From Antedon mediterranea (lineage: Eukaryota; Animalia; Echinodermata), in NCBI RefSeq assembly GCF_964355755.1, contig NC_092675.1:20122912-20186911 (forward strand): DNA of 64,000 nt, written 5' to 3'. The notes beneath the pieces were generated by a model that searched no databases, was not told the DNA's origin, and saw nothing but the letters and a program-made list of their open reading frames with translations. Position numbers and translations under genes: made by a program. Shown here piece by piece: positions 12,001 through 25,600 of this stretch (positions are counted from its first letter, which is position 1; each line of letters begins with the position of its first letter).

Positions 12001-15000
12001 TAATAATTGTGGGAACCACGCTTATTTAACCTTTGAAACTTTCTGGGAATTTTAAATTTTAAAAGAGTCTTTTTATGATTATTTTGATTGTAAGGTGCTA
12101 CTAGTAATTTAGTTTTATTTCTGTTTTTAGCTTCCAGGAGATTGTTATTGTAAGGAAAACGTAATCGGCTCCAAGTGTGATGAGTGTCAAGATAGCTATT
12201 TTCACCTCACTGACAATAATCCCGAAGGCTGCCAGAGTAAGTGTCTTATCTGCATGTTAAATGTGTAATGCAAAATTGATCAAACCAAATGGGTATCACA
12301 ATCTTCATTTCAAAAGTGTCTTGTTATCCATACTTATAATACTAAACCTATTTATTGAAACTAATCTGTATATAGACCATTCAGCCAGCCGTTTTGTTTA
12401 TCAAAATATCAGAATTAACAACCTGATAAAGAAAAACAATTTAATTATTTCATCTTTAATCCTTATCTTACTTTTTTAGGCTGTAATTGTTTTACCGCTG
12501 GGACTTTCAACAGTACGACTGTCTGCGAAAAAGACGCAAGTGGTCAGTGCCCGTGCAAGACGTTCGTTACTGGACGACGTTGCGAAACATGCCAGGATGA
12601 ATTCTACGGCCTGTCAGCTGGAGAGCTTGATGGATGTTTACCATGCGAGTGCAACAGTGGCGGCAGTGTCAGTAACCTCTGTGACAAAGGAAGTGGTCAG
12701 TGTATCTGTAAGAACTATGTGTCTGGCAGACAATGTGATAGGTATGTATACATTACTGTTTATAACAATTACTCTATCTAATCATCTTAATCAAGATGGT
12801 GTATGAAAGGTGCTCTTCCATCATTCTTTATTACTTGGCAAAACAGAATTTTGATAAGTATAGTACTTGCTTGGTTGGTTTGCACAATTTTTAAATTATC
12901 GTCCTGAATGTTTGCGTGTTAATAGATATATACTTACAGAAAATGTCTATTGATTTTCAGAAAAATTGCTATATTGGTTATGTCACAAAAATTATTTTAA
13001 AATCTGACTACTTGCATGTTTCTTCTATATGAGATACATTATTAAATAGCACGCCCTCTGCATTCTTTTAACATGGGCTGAACTATCAATTTGTGAGCCC
13101 TCTCTCTCCAAATATAGTTTTCTCTGATATATTTTGCCAAGTACTTCACTCAGTTTCTGAGTGCTTTCAATTTAGTTTTTCTCTCTTAAGTTACATTCAC
13201 ATTAAAGACAGTGCTGTTTTTTTTATAGAAAATAGAAAATTATATACAAAATAGAATGATGCATATATTCCATTCACAGGTGTGAATGCAGCTTTATAGA
13301 TTTATGAAATTGCATCTGTAAGCCAATTTTTTTCTGTTTTGTATCTACCATAGACCATTACTGATGTCCTACTATCCGACAGTTCATTTTATAAATGCTG
13401 AGTTTGAGACGGTTACAAGTCCTTATTGGGAACGAGATGAAGTCAGTCTACCAGGATTTAGCTATTTTGGTTACATAGCAATTACAGGGGCTGTAAGTAT
13501 CAACAAAAATAATCGCATTTCGTAATCCATGTGTCCTCTGTAACTAAATGATCAACTCAGTTGATTTAGCACACAGAATGGTTCAACTACAATGTTCACA
13601 TCACCTACTTGGATAACAAGGTATAGGCATAAATAAACTTTCCTCTAGGCCAACTAACGTTTATAAAACAAATGTAATGTAATCGATCAATAGTAAAAAA
13701 GGTCTAAAAATAATATTGAAAGTTTTTATTTCAATAACCTGCAAATACAAAAACTGTATTCTCATCATTTTAGCATATTCAGTTCTTTCGATTTACAATA
13801 AAGAAAGATTTAACCACCTTAGATTGATATACTGCCCTACAAATAGGGCAATGGTTGATATTTTTAACTTTATATTTTTTTTAAAGAGAAATATATTTTT
13901 AATGTACATTATTTTGCATCTTTCAATATAAAATTCATTTTTGTTCAACCCATACAGAATATTTTAATGCAGTACATGTTTTTGTCTCTTTTGTATTAGC
14001 TTACTGTTTCAACAACAATTACTATACCTGCAAGGGCTTCAAGTGGTACACTAATTGAGATTGTCTTGCGTTACGCTAGTCAAACTTTCACTTCTGTGGG
14101 TGTCTCCATCGCCCCAGATGAGCTGACATCCGGTGCTGTTCAGATGGGCCAGGCTTCCATGGCCACCTGCTTGGGGCAGTGGTGCTATGCTAGAGTCTTT
14201 AACTTGGACACATCCAGAGGCTCATACTTTGAAGTTCAACCTGGTGGTTGGACAGTGTCTGTCTTTGTGAACATACAAGTGGAAGCAGTATTGTATTTGG
14301 TAAGTCATCATAATAAGACCTAACAAACTCTTTGCTATCAAGTTTTACATTTTTAAATAATCAAGAAATAGGACTTACTAGTATGATAGGCCAAACATGC
14401 CTTAAACATTAATTGAAAAGTAACTGTAAATGCTTATTCCACCAGGATAAATATTGATAACCCCTAACACTGCAATACTGCAGATAAATACTTAAATATC
14501 CTGAAATTGACAATGTATTTAAATTGATTTTATTTTAGGATCAAGTTGTATTCATACCAGAAGAGTTTCTTAATCCTGTTGGTGTTCTGGATGCAGTCAC
14601 TGCCTCACAGTTTACCACAACATGTGATGTGCAAACTAATGATATGAGGTAAGTTATTTCTAGATTTTGATACTGTTATCAAATAAAATGAATGGAACTA
14701 AACATGTTACAGGCTTATGATTTAAAGTAGGCCTTATCAACTTGTTTTCTAGCATGTTATCCAGAAAAATATTCGACTTTTTATATCAAAACTACTTTTT
14801 AACCTGTTTATGCAATTATTTACCAAACCCTTTCTGAGTAGTCATATAGAAAGTTTATTACAATGACTGCCTCATAAACTTCTACAATGAAAAAACTAGC
14901 ATCATTTGTATTTTTGTATTTCAAACTACATGAGCTCAATGTGATTTTTTAATAGATGAATAAAGATGACTTTGACATTTTTATTAACAAATTAAAAAAT

Positions 15001-16576
15001 GTAACTGCAGTAGATTCCTTAATTATTGCTGTGTTGCAATGAAACTTTGAAGCTCTGTCTACACTATCAAACTAGTAATGGTAGTGATATGTCCAAATAT
15101 GGCAGTGATATGACATCATCATGTCCATATATGGGCACTTTTTTTGTGAATTTTGATAGTGTAAGAACAAGAACATAGTAACTGGAACATTTTTAAAGAC
15201 AGTTCTACATTACTGAAAATGCAGCCCAGCAGCAGTCGCAAGAAAGATAAAATACTTTCCATTCTTAACATAAAGTTTGTATTTTGAAGGGAATTTTGTT
15301 TGATTCACAGGATAAGATAAGTTACAAACATTTATTTTTAGTATTTTAATATTAAAATGCATTGATTTCAGACTTGGTACTGAAACTGAAGAATTTTGTT
15401 TAGATTCTGTCTTCATCATAACATCAACATACCTCAGCGGTAACATTCCGTGTAACTGTGATCTTTCCGGGAGTGTAAGCAATAACTGTGAGCCGTATGG
15501 AGGCCAATGCCCATGTCAACCAGGCGTGGGAGGACGTCAATGCGATGTATGCCTTCCTGAATTTTACGACTTTAGAAGTACAGGATGTAAAGGTACTTAC
15601 AATCGGCATTCATCTAATCTTCAATATTATTTTACATTATTTGTTATACTACTATCAATTATCATGCTTTTTATTGAGTTAAAAATTGGTTTTATATTAT
15701 ATCAAATATAGATCCGTATATCTATAATGTATTTTTTTCAGTAACACTGCCTCAAAGTGTAGTGGTTTAAATTCAACATTCAACAACTTTATCTCCCCGG
15801 CCAAGAGTCTCTTTGTGTGAAATATCTTCCATTAAAATGGTGCTCATTTGTCTCAGCATAAAGGTTTTGTCAAAACTAAACTTGCCAGACTTATTTGGCA
15901 AATCACTGGTTATATGTTTTTATATATTTCGTTTGAGTAATGTATGTTATGATTTATTCTAACAGCATGTGCTTGCTACAGTGATGACAAAGTATGTGAC
16001 TCGTTGACTGGACAGTGTGAATGCCCAACTAACACTGTAGGCCGACAGTGTGATCGATGTATTACTTATGCTTGGGGCCTCAACAGTACAACTGGCTGTA
16101 AGGTATGTGTTGTGAAAGTAGGACCGGTCCAAAATTCATGTTTATATACAAAATTATGTATCTCTAGTACACAAACTAAATTAAAGGAGGTATAAATATG
16201 TCAACACAGTTTTAGTGGTTTCTGGGTCCAGACAATAATTTGATTGACATGGCCTACCATGTTTCTAGGTTGTCCCTCAATCCTATTGACTGAACAGTAA
16301 ATTGGCTAACCAACTGCAGCTTGTTCACACTATGGCATTGTATATTATTGCTGTAGAAGACATTCTTAAGCCTTGTCTACACTACCTTGTCTATCAAACT
16401 TTATGTGACAACAAAATGTGATGTGCCCATATATGGACATGATGGTGTTATATCACTACCATATTTAAGCATATCACTACCATATTTGAGCACATCACAC
16501 GTTTTTGTCAAACTATTGCAACAATACCACGTGTTCTTCTTAACATTGTATTAACAATAAATTCAATTCAATTCAA

Positions 16577-16615
<39 letters not shown>

Positions 16616-19600
16616 AGAATGATCTTAATAAAACATTTTCAGATGTGTAACTGTAATCCTGAGGGATCTGTAAGTCTTCAATGCAACTCGCTTGATGGTA
16701 GCTGCTTCTGTCATCCTGGAATAGGCCAAGAAAAATGTACAGAATGTATCGATGGATTCCATACTCTTAGCGATGATGGGTGTACAAGCTGTAGATGCGA
16801 TTTAGCAGGCAGTTACAATAGTACATGCAATGTTACGACTGGACAGTGTATTTGCAAGGAAAACACACAAGGGCTGCTGTGTGAGACATGTTCTGCATCT
16901 TCATTTCATAAAGCTGAGATGTATGCTACAGGTTGCCTTGACTGTGTGTGTATGGGTATCACTTCTGAGTGTACTAGCAGTTTCTGGAAAAATGCTTTGG
17001 TAAGTTATAGCTAGTCCACAAATGACAGATTGTATATTGGTGTCTATCCCACATTATTATAATTTATCTTAAATTAATGTTTGAGAATAAACTCATTTTT
17101 TTTAATGATTGCCATTGGCCAGGCCAGATTCTACTCTCCTTACACAAACATGTCTAGGTTTCTAGACAGCTTTTTAACCTAATATTGAAAAACTAAACAA
17201 CATAAAATAATAATACAGGTATATAATAATTAAAGACTAATAGACATGTGTAAGCATGCCATATAATTTGACTTTCTAAGGGAACATTACTTTACCCGTT
17301 GATTAAGAATTAAATATTATACAGTAATTTGTACTTAATTATATTATTAACATTTTAATGTAAATTTAAAACAATTTATTTAGATGTCCATATTATTTAT
17401 ATTATTTGTATCACTTAGTAACTGGTTGGAGGTACACACCTAATTGGTGACAGTGGCTTAGGCTGCTTTTGTGCTTTCCTGACAGCTAGTCACTATGATT
17501 TTATATTTTCTTTGTGTGCCATGTTTGTTTAATTTGTTGATTTGTATTATATTTTGTTAAATGTATCTTTTATAATAATAACAATAATATTGTTATTATA
17601 GTTTGAAATACCAACCGAAAAAGCTGATTTATGGCAAGTGACGAGCAGCAACAATGCTCAGGAATTGTATAGAGAACAACCAATAGCAACATTACAAAAG
17701 GGTGATAACTACTTATCTGTTGACATAACTGATGCGAGCGATGTATACTGGCAACCTATTGGAGGCACCTTGAGTGAAAACCTCCTCTACTTGTATGGAA
17801 ATGAGGTTCGCTTCGTTCTTTACTATGAAGCTTCATCCAGTCTAGCAAGCCCTATTGCTGAACCTAAAGTGATCCTGTCGGTAAGATGATATAATTTATT
17901 ATTATTTTTATTATTTATAGTGGGTGACCTCTTCAGTGGCTGTAAGTGTACTAGAACACCGGGTAACCCCTTACTTGTCTCGAAAGATGTACAAGGTTCC
18001 TAAAAGTGCACATGATTTATAGTCCTTACTCGAGAAGACTCGTTTTACCACCAGAGCCAAGGAGCGAGTGTGCCGCAAACCCTTTCTGTTGTTATGGCAA
18101 TTGTGTCACCGCTACATTTCCACTGTCTTAACTGCTTGGGCTACTCACATAACTTTATGAATAGTGTATTAGTGTTACAAATACAAAGCCCCCTCTTTGC
18201 TGCACTGACAGAGTCCAAGAGAATACAGAGCATTACTTTTGAAGATAGATTGAAGATAAGGATGAAAGAAGCAAATTTGATTGATTGATTGAAATATATA
18301 TTTATACTGGGTAACCTCTTCAGTCAATGACTGGTCTCCCAGAGGGCCCAGTTATGATCAGTGGCTGTGATGTACTAATACACCGGGGTAACCCCCTACT
18401 CGTCTCGAAAGATGTACTAGGTTCTTTAAAGTGCACACGAGCTAGATGTGTACACTGGACCTACGGTTTATAGTCCTTATCCGAGAAGACTCGTTCTACC
18501 ACCAGAAGCATGGAGTGAGTGAGCCTCGAACCCCTGCCGTTGTTATGGCTACGTAATTACGGTTCCACTGTCTTAACCGCTCGGCCACTCACTCACTCAC
18601 ATTTAGTGTAGACATTTAAACTAATACATTATTCTTTTTGTCATAGGGTTTAGCAAACACGTATACATACACATTGAATCCTGTACTGAATGCCACATTC
18701 ACCCCTGTAACAATTCAAATGCAAGAAACATATTGGAGAACGGCAATTGATAATTTTGAAATCTCAAGACAAGAGTTTATTAAGACTTTGAGTAAAGTAG
18801 ACTATTTCTTAATACCAGCAACACTTTTCTTTGATCAACACATTTCCAGGTGAGATAATACTTGTAAAACTCTGTCTAAACTATTAAATTATTTTGATAA
18901 AAAAGTGTGATGGCCCAAATGTGGTATAATGCTTAAATATTGTAGTGATATGACATCATCATGTCCATATTTGGAGCTGTAGCTTGGTGGTTAAACGTGC
19001 TTGCCTTCCAATCCCAAGTTCCAGGGTTCAATCCTGACCTAGTGCCAGGGTTGTAACTCGCGACTGTTTCAACTCTACTCCCTAAGCCTCAAATGTGACT
19101 TAGTTTATAAGGATGATAAACTATATAGCATAGTGTATCTCATCCTATAATTGACGAGTTTGTGCTCGCTGTTGGATGAGTATGAAATAAAAAATGAAAT
19201 AAAAAATGTGTAAAATAAAAATAGTTTAGACAGAGCTTTAGGATGCTTTCTGCTGTAACGACCTAATTCCTAGTTATGTTATGTTAATTCATTCAGGACA
19301 TCACTCAATTCCTCGACACAGTTTTGGTAGATTTTAGCTCCAGATGATTACCTATGTATATTGTGCCATAGATCGTCTGAAACTCCCAAATTTCTGAAGC
19401 AGCACACTGTTAATAGAGTATAATCACATGCCCAACCCCTAGACTGAATTCAGATTCAGAACTAAATCCATTGTGAATGCAATCCAAGTATATTTCCACC
19501 TCTAATTTTTGCTAAAATCAGTGATAAAAAGTTGTTTACTCAAAAATATGTTATTTGTTTTGTATTAAAGCATTGGAGCAGTTTACTATGAAGAGGCAAC

Positions 19601-22600
19601 CCCTCCAGGGTCTGAATTTTATGATCCACGCGCTGCCACTGCGCTAGCTATTGAAAATTGTAACTGTGGAACCGGCTATGTTGGCCTATCATGTGAGGTA
19701 AAAGCCTTATTTTATTGTTTATTAAAAGTTGTAATTTACAGTAATACATCGCATAAACTTGCGCCGCATATTTTCCTCAAACTTGTTATTAGAGTTCCTT
19801 TGATTTATAGTTCATATTTTAATTATAGGAATGTGCACCAGAATTTTACCGTACAAATGTAACAGATCATGCATACTTTGGAGAGTGTATTCCATGTACG
19901 TGTTATGGACATAGTGATTCTTGTGATCCTAACACTGGACAATGTATGGATTGTCAACATAATACTACAGGTATGTAAAAGTAAATATTTCATTCATTTA
20001 AAAATAAAGTACAGTATCACATACAAATATTTTTATTTAAAGATGAACAATAAAGATTTCTTTTAAATCAAACTTTGAATAGATTATTTTTAATAATGTT
20101 AATTACTTTGGTTAAAAAACCGGAAAAAAAATGAATGTTTTTACATATAATAAAATGACAAAATAAATGGTTAAATTCAACCAAAAACCCATTGGCATTG
20201 GCAGCCAATTTGACTATTTTTTGCTTTAAATTACAGTTTTTTAGGTAAAATCTTTTTTTTTTTAGAAATGGATAACAATTAGGTGACAAAATAAAAATGA
20301 CTGGGGTAATAATGTTCAGCGCATTGAGACCTTGCTTATATGTGCTATATAAGAATGAACTATTATTATTATTAAAATGGCGTATTCAACAAAAAAATTA
20401 TTTTGTCATCTTTAATAATGTGATGATAAACTATTTACTTGTCACATTAAGATTATAAATAAACTTTTATTTATAAAGAAGAACCGTTAAACTGCTCAGT
20501 TCTGTTTCTTATAAAAATTTGTAAATTTAAAATTTGGTAAACACTTTATATATTTCTTTCAGGTATTAACTGTGAAATATGTGCAAATGGTACTTATGGT
20601 AATGCATTAGCTGGAACTGCAGATGACTGCATGGATTGCCCTTGCGGTGAACCAAAAGCATTTGATTCACGCTGCGAAGAAATAGAGGGCGTTGTCACAT
20701 GTTTGAGTTGTCTGCCAGGGCATGTGGGACCATTGTGTGATTCGTAAGTTATTCAAGACAATAAAAGTTACATAAACTCATTATTGTCTGCTTAAACGAT
20801 GTTCTATGTATCTTTTCGTTTCTGTTAAGCTTGGTCTACACTATCAAACTAGTCCCCATATACTGTAATGGACATGATGATGTCATATCACTAACATATT
20901 TAAACAGTATAATCAGTGCATCTATTGGTTTTATACAGTACATGTCCTTTTACAAAGTAGGGAATGCTCAATGAATTTGGAATAAGCAGATAATAATGTT
21001 AGTAAAGGTCTATACATATACAGGCAATGAATTGGAAATTTATTAATATCCCAAACAAATAATTATATTTATCATTGGATTCAGATTAAAAATAGGTTAT
21101 TGATGTTATAAAAATAGTTACACCATTTTCTTTTCTTTATTATCTAGTTGTGACCTCTTCTATTTTGGAGAGCCAGAACTAGAAGAAGGATTTTGCGAAG
21201 AATGCAATTGTAGTGGAAATGCATTGGAGTGTGACATTAGGTCGGGTCAGTGTATAGAATGTCAATTTCGAAGCACTGGATTCAACTGCGAGCGTTGTGA
21301 GAACACAACCTATGGCGATTCCAGCATGCAGAATTGTGATGGTAAGTAGATAATTATGAATGTTGATAATTTCTATTATTTATTGAGACAGTAGTGGTTT
21401 AATGGTAAGGACTTAGACTAGTATGTCAGAGGCATAGGTTCGAGACTGGAATGTGTCAAACATTGCTTGTATCCTATAGACAAAAAGCTGTTCTCCGTTT
21501 AGATGGAACCTTGGTCATGCGTACATAAAATGCAGATGCACGCAATAAGGAACTTATACACTAGTCAAAAAGATAATATTTTCGTCTCCTGGTGTGCTCG
21601 TCATATAGTAGGAGCTGCTTAGGGTTAAGTTAAACTGGGTTAAATTCAATTCTTATTAGAAAACGTATATTGGACACTTTTTAGTATAAATATACAACTG
21701 TAATTTTTTTAGATTGTAACTGTCATGTTCTCGGCTCGTTAAACCCTATCTGCAATCATCGCTCAGGCCAGTGTCCTTGCAAGTATGGTGTTGGAACTTT
21801 CACTTGTTCTCAATGCCTAGAAAACTTTTACGGTTTTGGTTTGATTGATGGATGCATTGATTGCGATTGCCATGAACTTGGTTCGACCTCGTTGCAATGT
21901 AACGAACAAGGGCTGTGCACTTGCTTTGGTGGAGCTGTTGGGGACAAATGTGATGTATGTTCTATGGGATATTTTGGCCTTCCGGAACAATCATGTGAAT
22001 GTGAGTAAATTACTTTCAGTTAATTCATTTCACTCTGCTTCATTCTTGACCAATTTGTTTTTGTGACAGGAGTCAAACTTAGATTAGCGAAAGCTATTTG
22101 TTGGCTCCTTTTCAGTAAATGTGAATAATGATGAATGTATAAATAAACATTGATTTCATTAAAACAGTAAAGTGTATTCAAATGTAGTATTTTATTGAAT
22201 TTTTAAAAATAACAATTTTTCTCTATGAAATATTGGATGTGCGCGAACAAAGCTTTACTAATCTTCCTTACAAACAAATCTAAAGGTATAAAATATATTC
22301 ATCATATTGAAATTTTACATTTTTGCAGCTTGTGTTTGTGACTCTGTTGGCACAGTTGGAGGATCTGCTGCTATCTGTGACATCATCGATGGACAATGTC
22401 CTTGCCAACCAGGTGTTGGAAATCGTGTCTGTGATCGTTGTCTTCCAACCTGGATCAATTTTGGACCTACAGGATGTGACAGTAAGAACCTTTGTTGCTT
22501 TTTTCTTTCCTTATAATTTTCATTGATTCATTTGGAGAATTTAATAAAACTTATTTTCATATTTCTTATCAGTGTTTGGTTTAGCAATTCAGCTTTATAT

Positions 22601-25600
22601 AGTCATTTGAATGATGACATGAAGCATTGGAGATTGTCCGTAAAACTTTGCCATCATTTGACTGTTCAAAATTGAATCATCTAAAAACAATTATAAGGAA
22701 ATATTAATAGGATCCTGAATTCATTTACAACCTTTTTTTGACAATTCCTGGGTTAGTTGCCTTGGTTGTAGTTGTACATCTGGTGTAGTTGCCCTGGTAC
22801 TAGTTGTACAGGTGGCGTAGTTGTAAAGGTGGTGTAGTTACCCTGGGTGTAGTTGTACAGGTGGTGTAGTTTCCCTGGGTAAATTGTACAGGTGGTGTAG
22901 TTGCCCTGGGTGTAGTTGTACATGTGGTGTAGTTGAACAGGTGGTGTAGTTGCCCTGGGTGTAGTTGTACAGGTGGTGTAGTTGCCCTGGGTGTAGTTGT
23001 ACAGGTGGTGTAGTTGCCCTGGGTGTAGTTGTACAGGTGGTGTAGTTTCCCTGGGTCTAGTTGTACAGGTTGTGTAGTTGCCCTGGGTCTAGTTGTACAG
23101 GTGGTGTAGTTGCCCTGGGTCTAGTTGTACAGGTGGTGTAGTTGCCCTGGGTCTAGTTGTACAGGTGGTGTAGTTGTACAGGTGGTGTAGTTGTACAGGT
23201 GACGTAGTTGCCCTAGGTCTAGTTGTACAGGTGGTGTAGTTGCCCTGGGTCTAGTTGTACAGGTGGTGTAGTTGCCCTGGGTCTAGTTGTACAGGTGGTG
23301 TAGTTGCCCTGGGTCTAGTTGTACAGGTGGTGTAGTTGCCCTGGGTCTAGTTGTACAGGTGGTGGAATTTATCCTTGTGGTTGTAGTAATTGTTTTCAAG
23401 TTTTCTTTGCTATCACTGTTTTTACCTTTTTCCAACAGAATGTGATCAATGTGTTGATACTCTGTATGCGTCACTTCTCAACCTGGATGAAGTCTGGTTA
23501 GAGCTGTGGTCAGTTGCCATACTTCTAGGAGAGTTACAAGATCTGGACAGAGAGCTACAGCCATTGTCTGTAGTGGTTAACGACACAGCATACACGCTAT
23601 CACAAACAATCCAGGCTTATGATGAGTTAAAACTGGATGTTGAGAGTATAGATGAGGACGCTTACAGAGCAGAGGTTAATCAACTTAATTTAGAGGTATG
23701 GATTAATAGAATACTGAAATTTAGATTAATGGATCTTGTTTTGATATTTTTCAAATTTTATTCTAAACAGTGAAAACATTTTCCTCTGGTTTCGATTAGT
23801 ATATTGATATTGTACATATACTTAACTAGTAGTGGTAGATTAGGCCTAGACATAAAAAACATGGACCAAGAGCAATCGAAGGCTATATTTTGTCAAAATA
23901 CAATACTTTTTTTGGAATTTGTAGATTTGTTACATCTTTAGTACAGTATATCAATACTTTGGTACTTTGCTTAATTTTCCAGAACTGATTTATATATTAG
24001 AAGAACACTGATTTATGGTCTGAAATGCAACATACAGAATTAATTTTGTTTTTTGAAGGCAGTTTCAGAAACTTAATAACAAACCTGTTAATCAAGCCAC
24101 AAACTTAATTTTAGCATTTTATGCACATACATTTAATAATTTTTTATTTTTGGATGTAATGTTTTTTTTTCTAGGCTGAAAATAATTTAGCAGCAGCTCT
24201 TGCTGTTGAAGGAATTCTGACAGTGAAATTGGAAGAAGTTCAAGTACTTATGGAAGAATCTGAACAGCTTTACAAAGATTCCTTGTCGACAGATCAGCTT
24301 CTTGATAACTATATAGCAATGATGGAATTGTGGAATGACACAAGTTATGAATACTATGCCGATGCACTGCTGCAGGCTGATGTCATTAGCAGTGTGTCAT
24401 TCATAGAAGATCAAGTATTAGTTGCCATGGAACTAGAACTCAGTCAAAATACATCAGTTTTAGCGGCCAACTTTTTTGGTCGCTCAACAGCACAAGTAAG
24501 AAACAAATTTACTTAATCGCGCATTTCATAAGTTTAAAAAGTCGCATAGAGTTCCCATATAAAATTGATAATTATTGAAGAATTGACTACCCTAAAAGAA
24601 AAATGCAAGAAGTATTCTCTATTCTTGAAACATTGTTTGTCAAACTAATTTGCACAATTTCCTTCCAAAAGATATATAGTCTGTTTTTTAGGGAATAATA
24701 CACTACAGTATGTGACATTAAGTAATTTAGTTTCCATACAGTATTGAACAAATGTTGGTATTTATAATTATATTTAAAGATTATTATTTAATAATTTGTG
24801 TTCTTTTCTTTAGGGACAGCGTGTGAATACATTGCAATCATCTATTCGTAGTACAGATGCAACTCTAAGAGGAATACAGGCAACTGTGGATGAGACTCAT
24901 GGTATTTTGGATGGTGTTGATGTCACTCTCGGACAAGTTGATAATATATTAAACTCAACTGAGGTATGAATGCAAACATTCAACATACAAGCATAAAGCT
25001 CTGTCTACACTATCAAACTTTATTTGGACATATCCCTACCATATTTGGACATATCCCTACCATATTTGGACATATCCCTACCATATTTGGACATATCCCT
25101 ACCATATTTGGACCCTACCATATTTGGACATAATATCCCTACCATATTTGGGTACATCACATTTTTTTTGTCAAACTAGATTGATAGTGTAGTTTTAAGA
25201 AGAAGTTTAAGTGTATGCATAGATTAAGAAAGAGCACTTACCACACACAAATAGAATGAAATATTGAGATGTGCTTACCAAATTAAAAGATTTTGTTTAC
25301 CTTTATTTTTTCCCTGTATCTTATATAATCCAAATTGTACCCTCGATATGTTCAATCTCATGATTTTCATTCCTCTCCCAAATCATTTATTTCATGTTTC
25401 CGCACTAAATAGTGGACACACTTTTAAATCTTTATTTATTTTTATACCTGATTATAAACTGTTTTCATTTAAATTGAATTAAAATGATTTTGTTTCAGTA
25501 CCAGATAAGATATTCAGATAGCATTGTAGAAAGCATTATAATGACGTTATCACTTGTAGACGGATCATTAAACAGCGCAGTTACATCATTGAGTGCTGGT

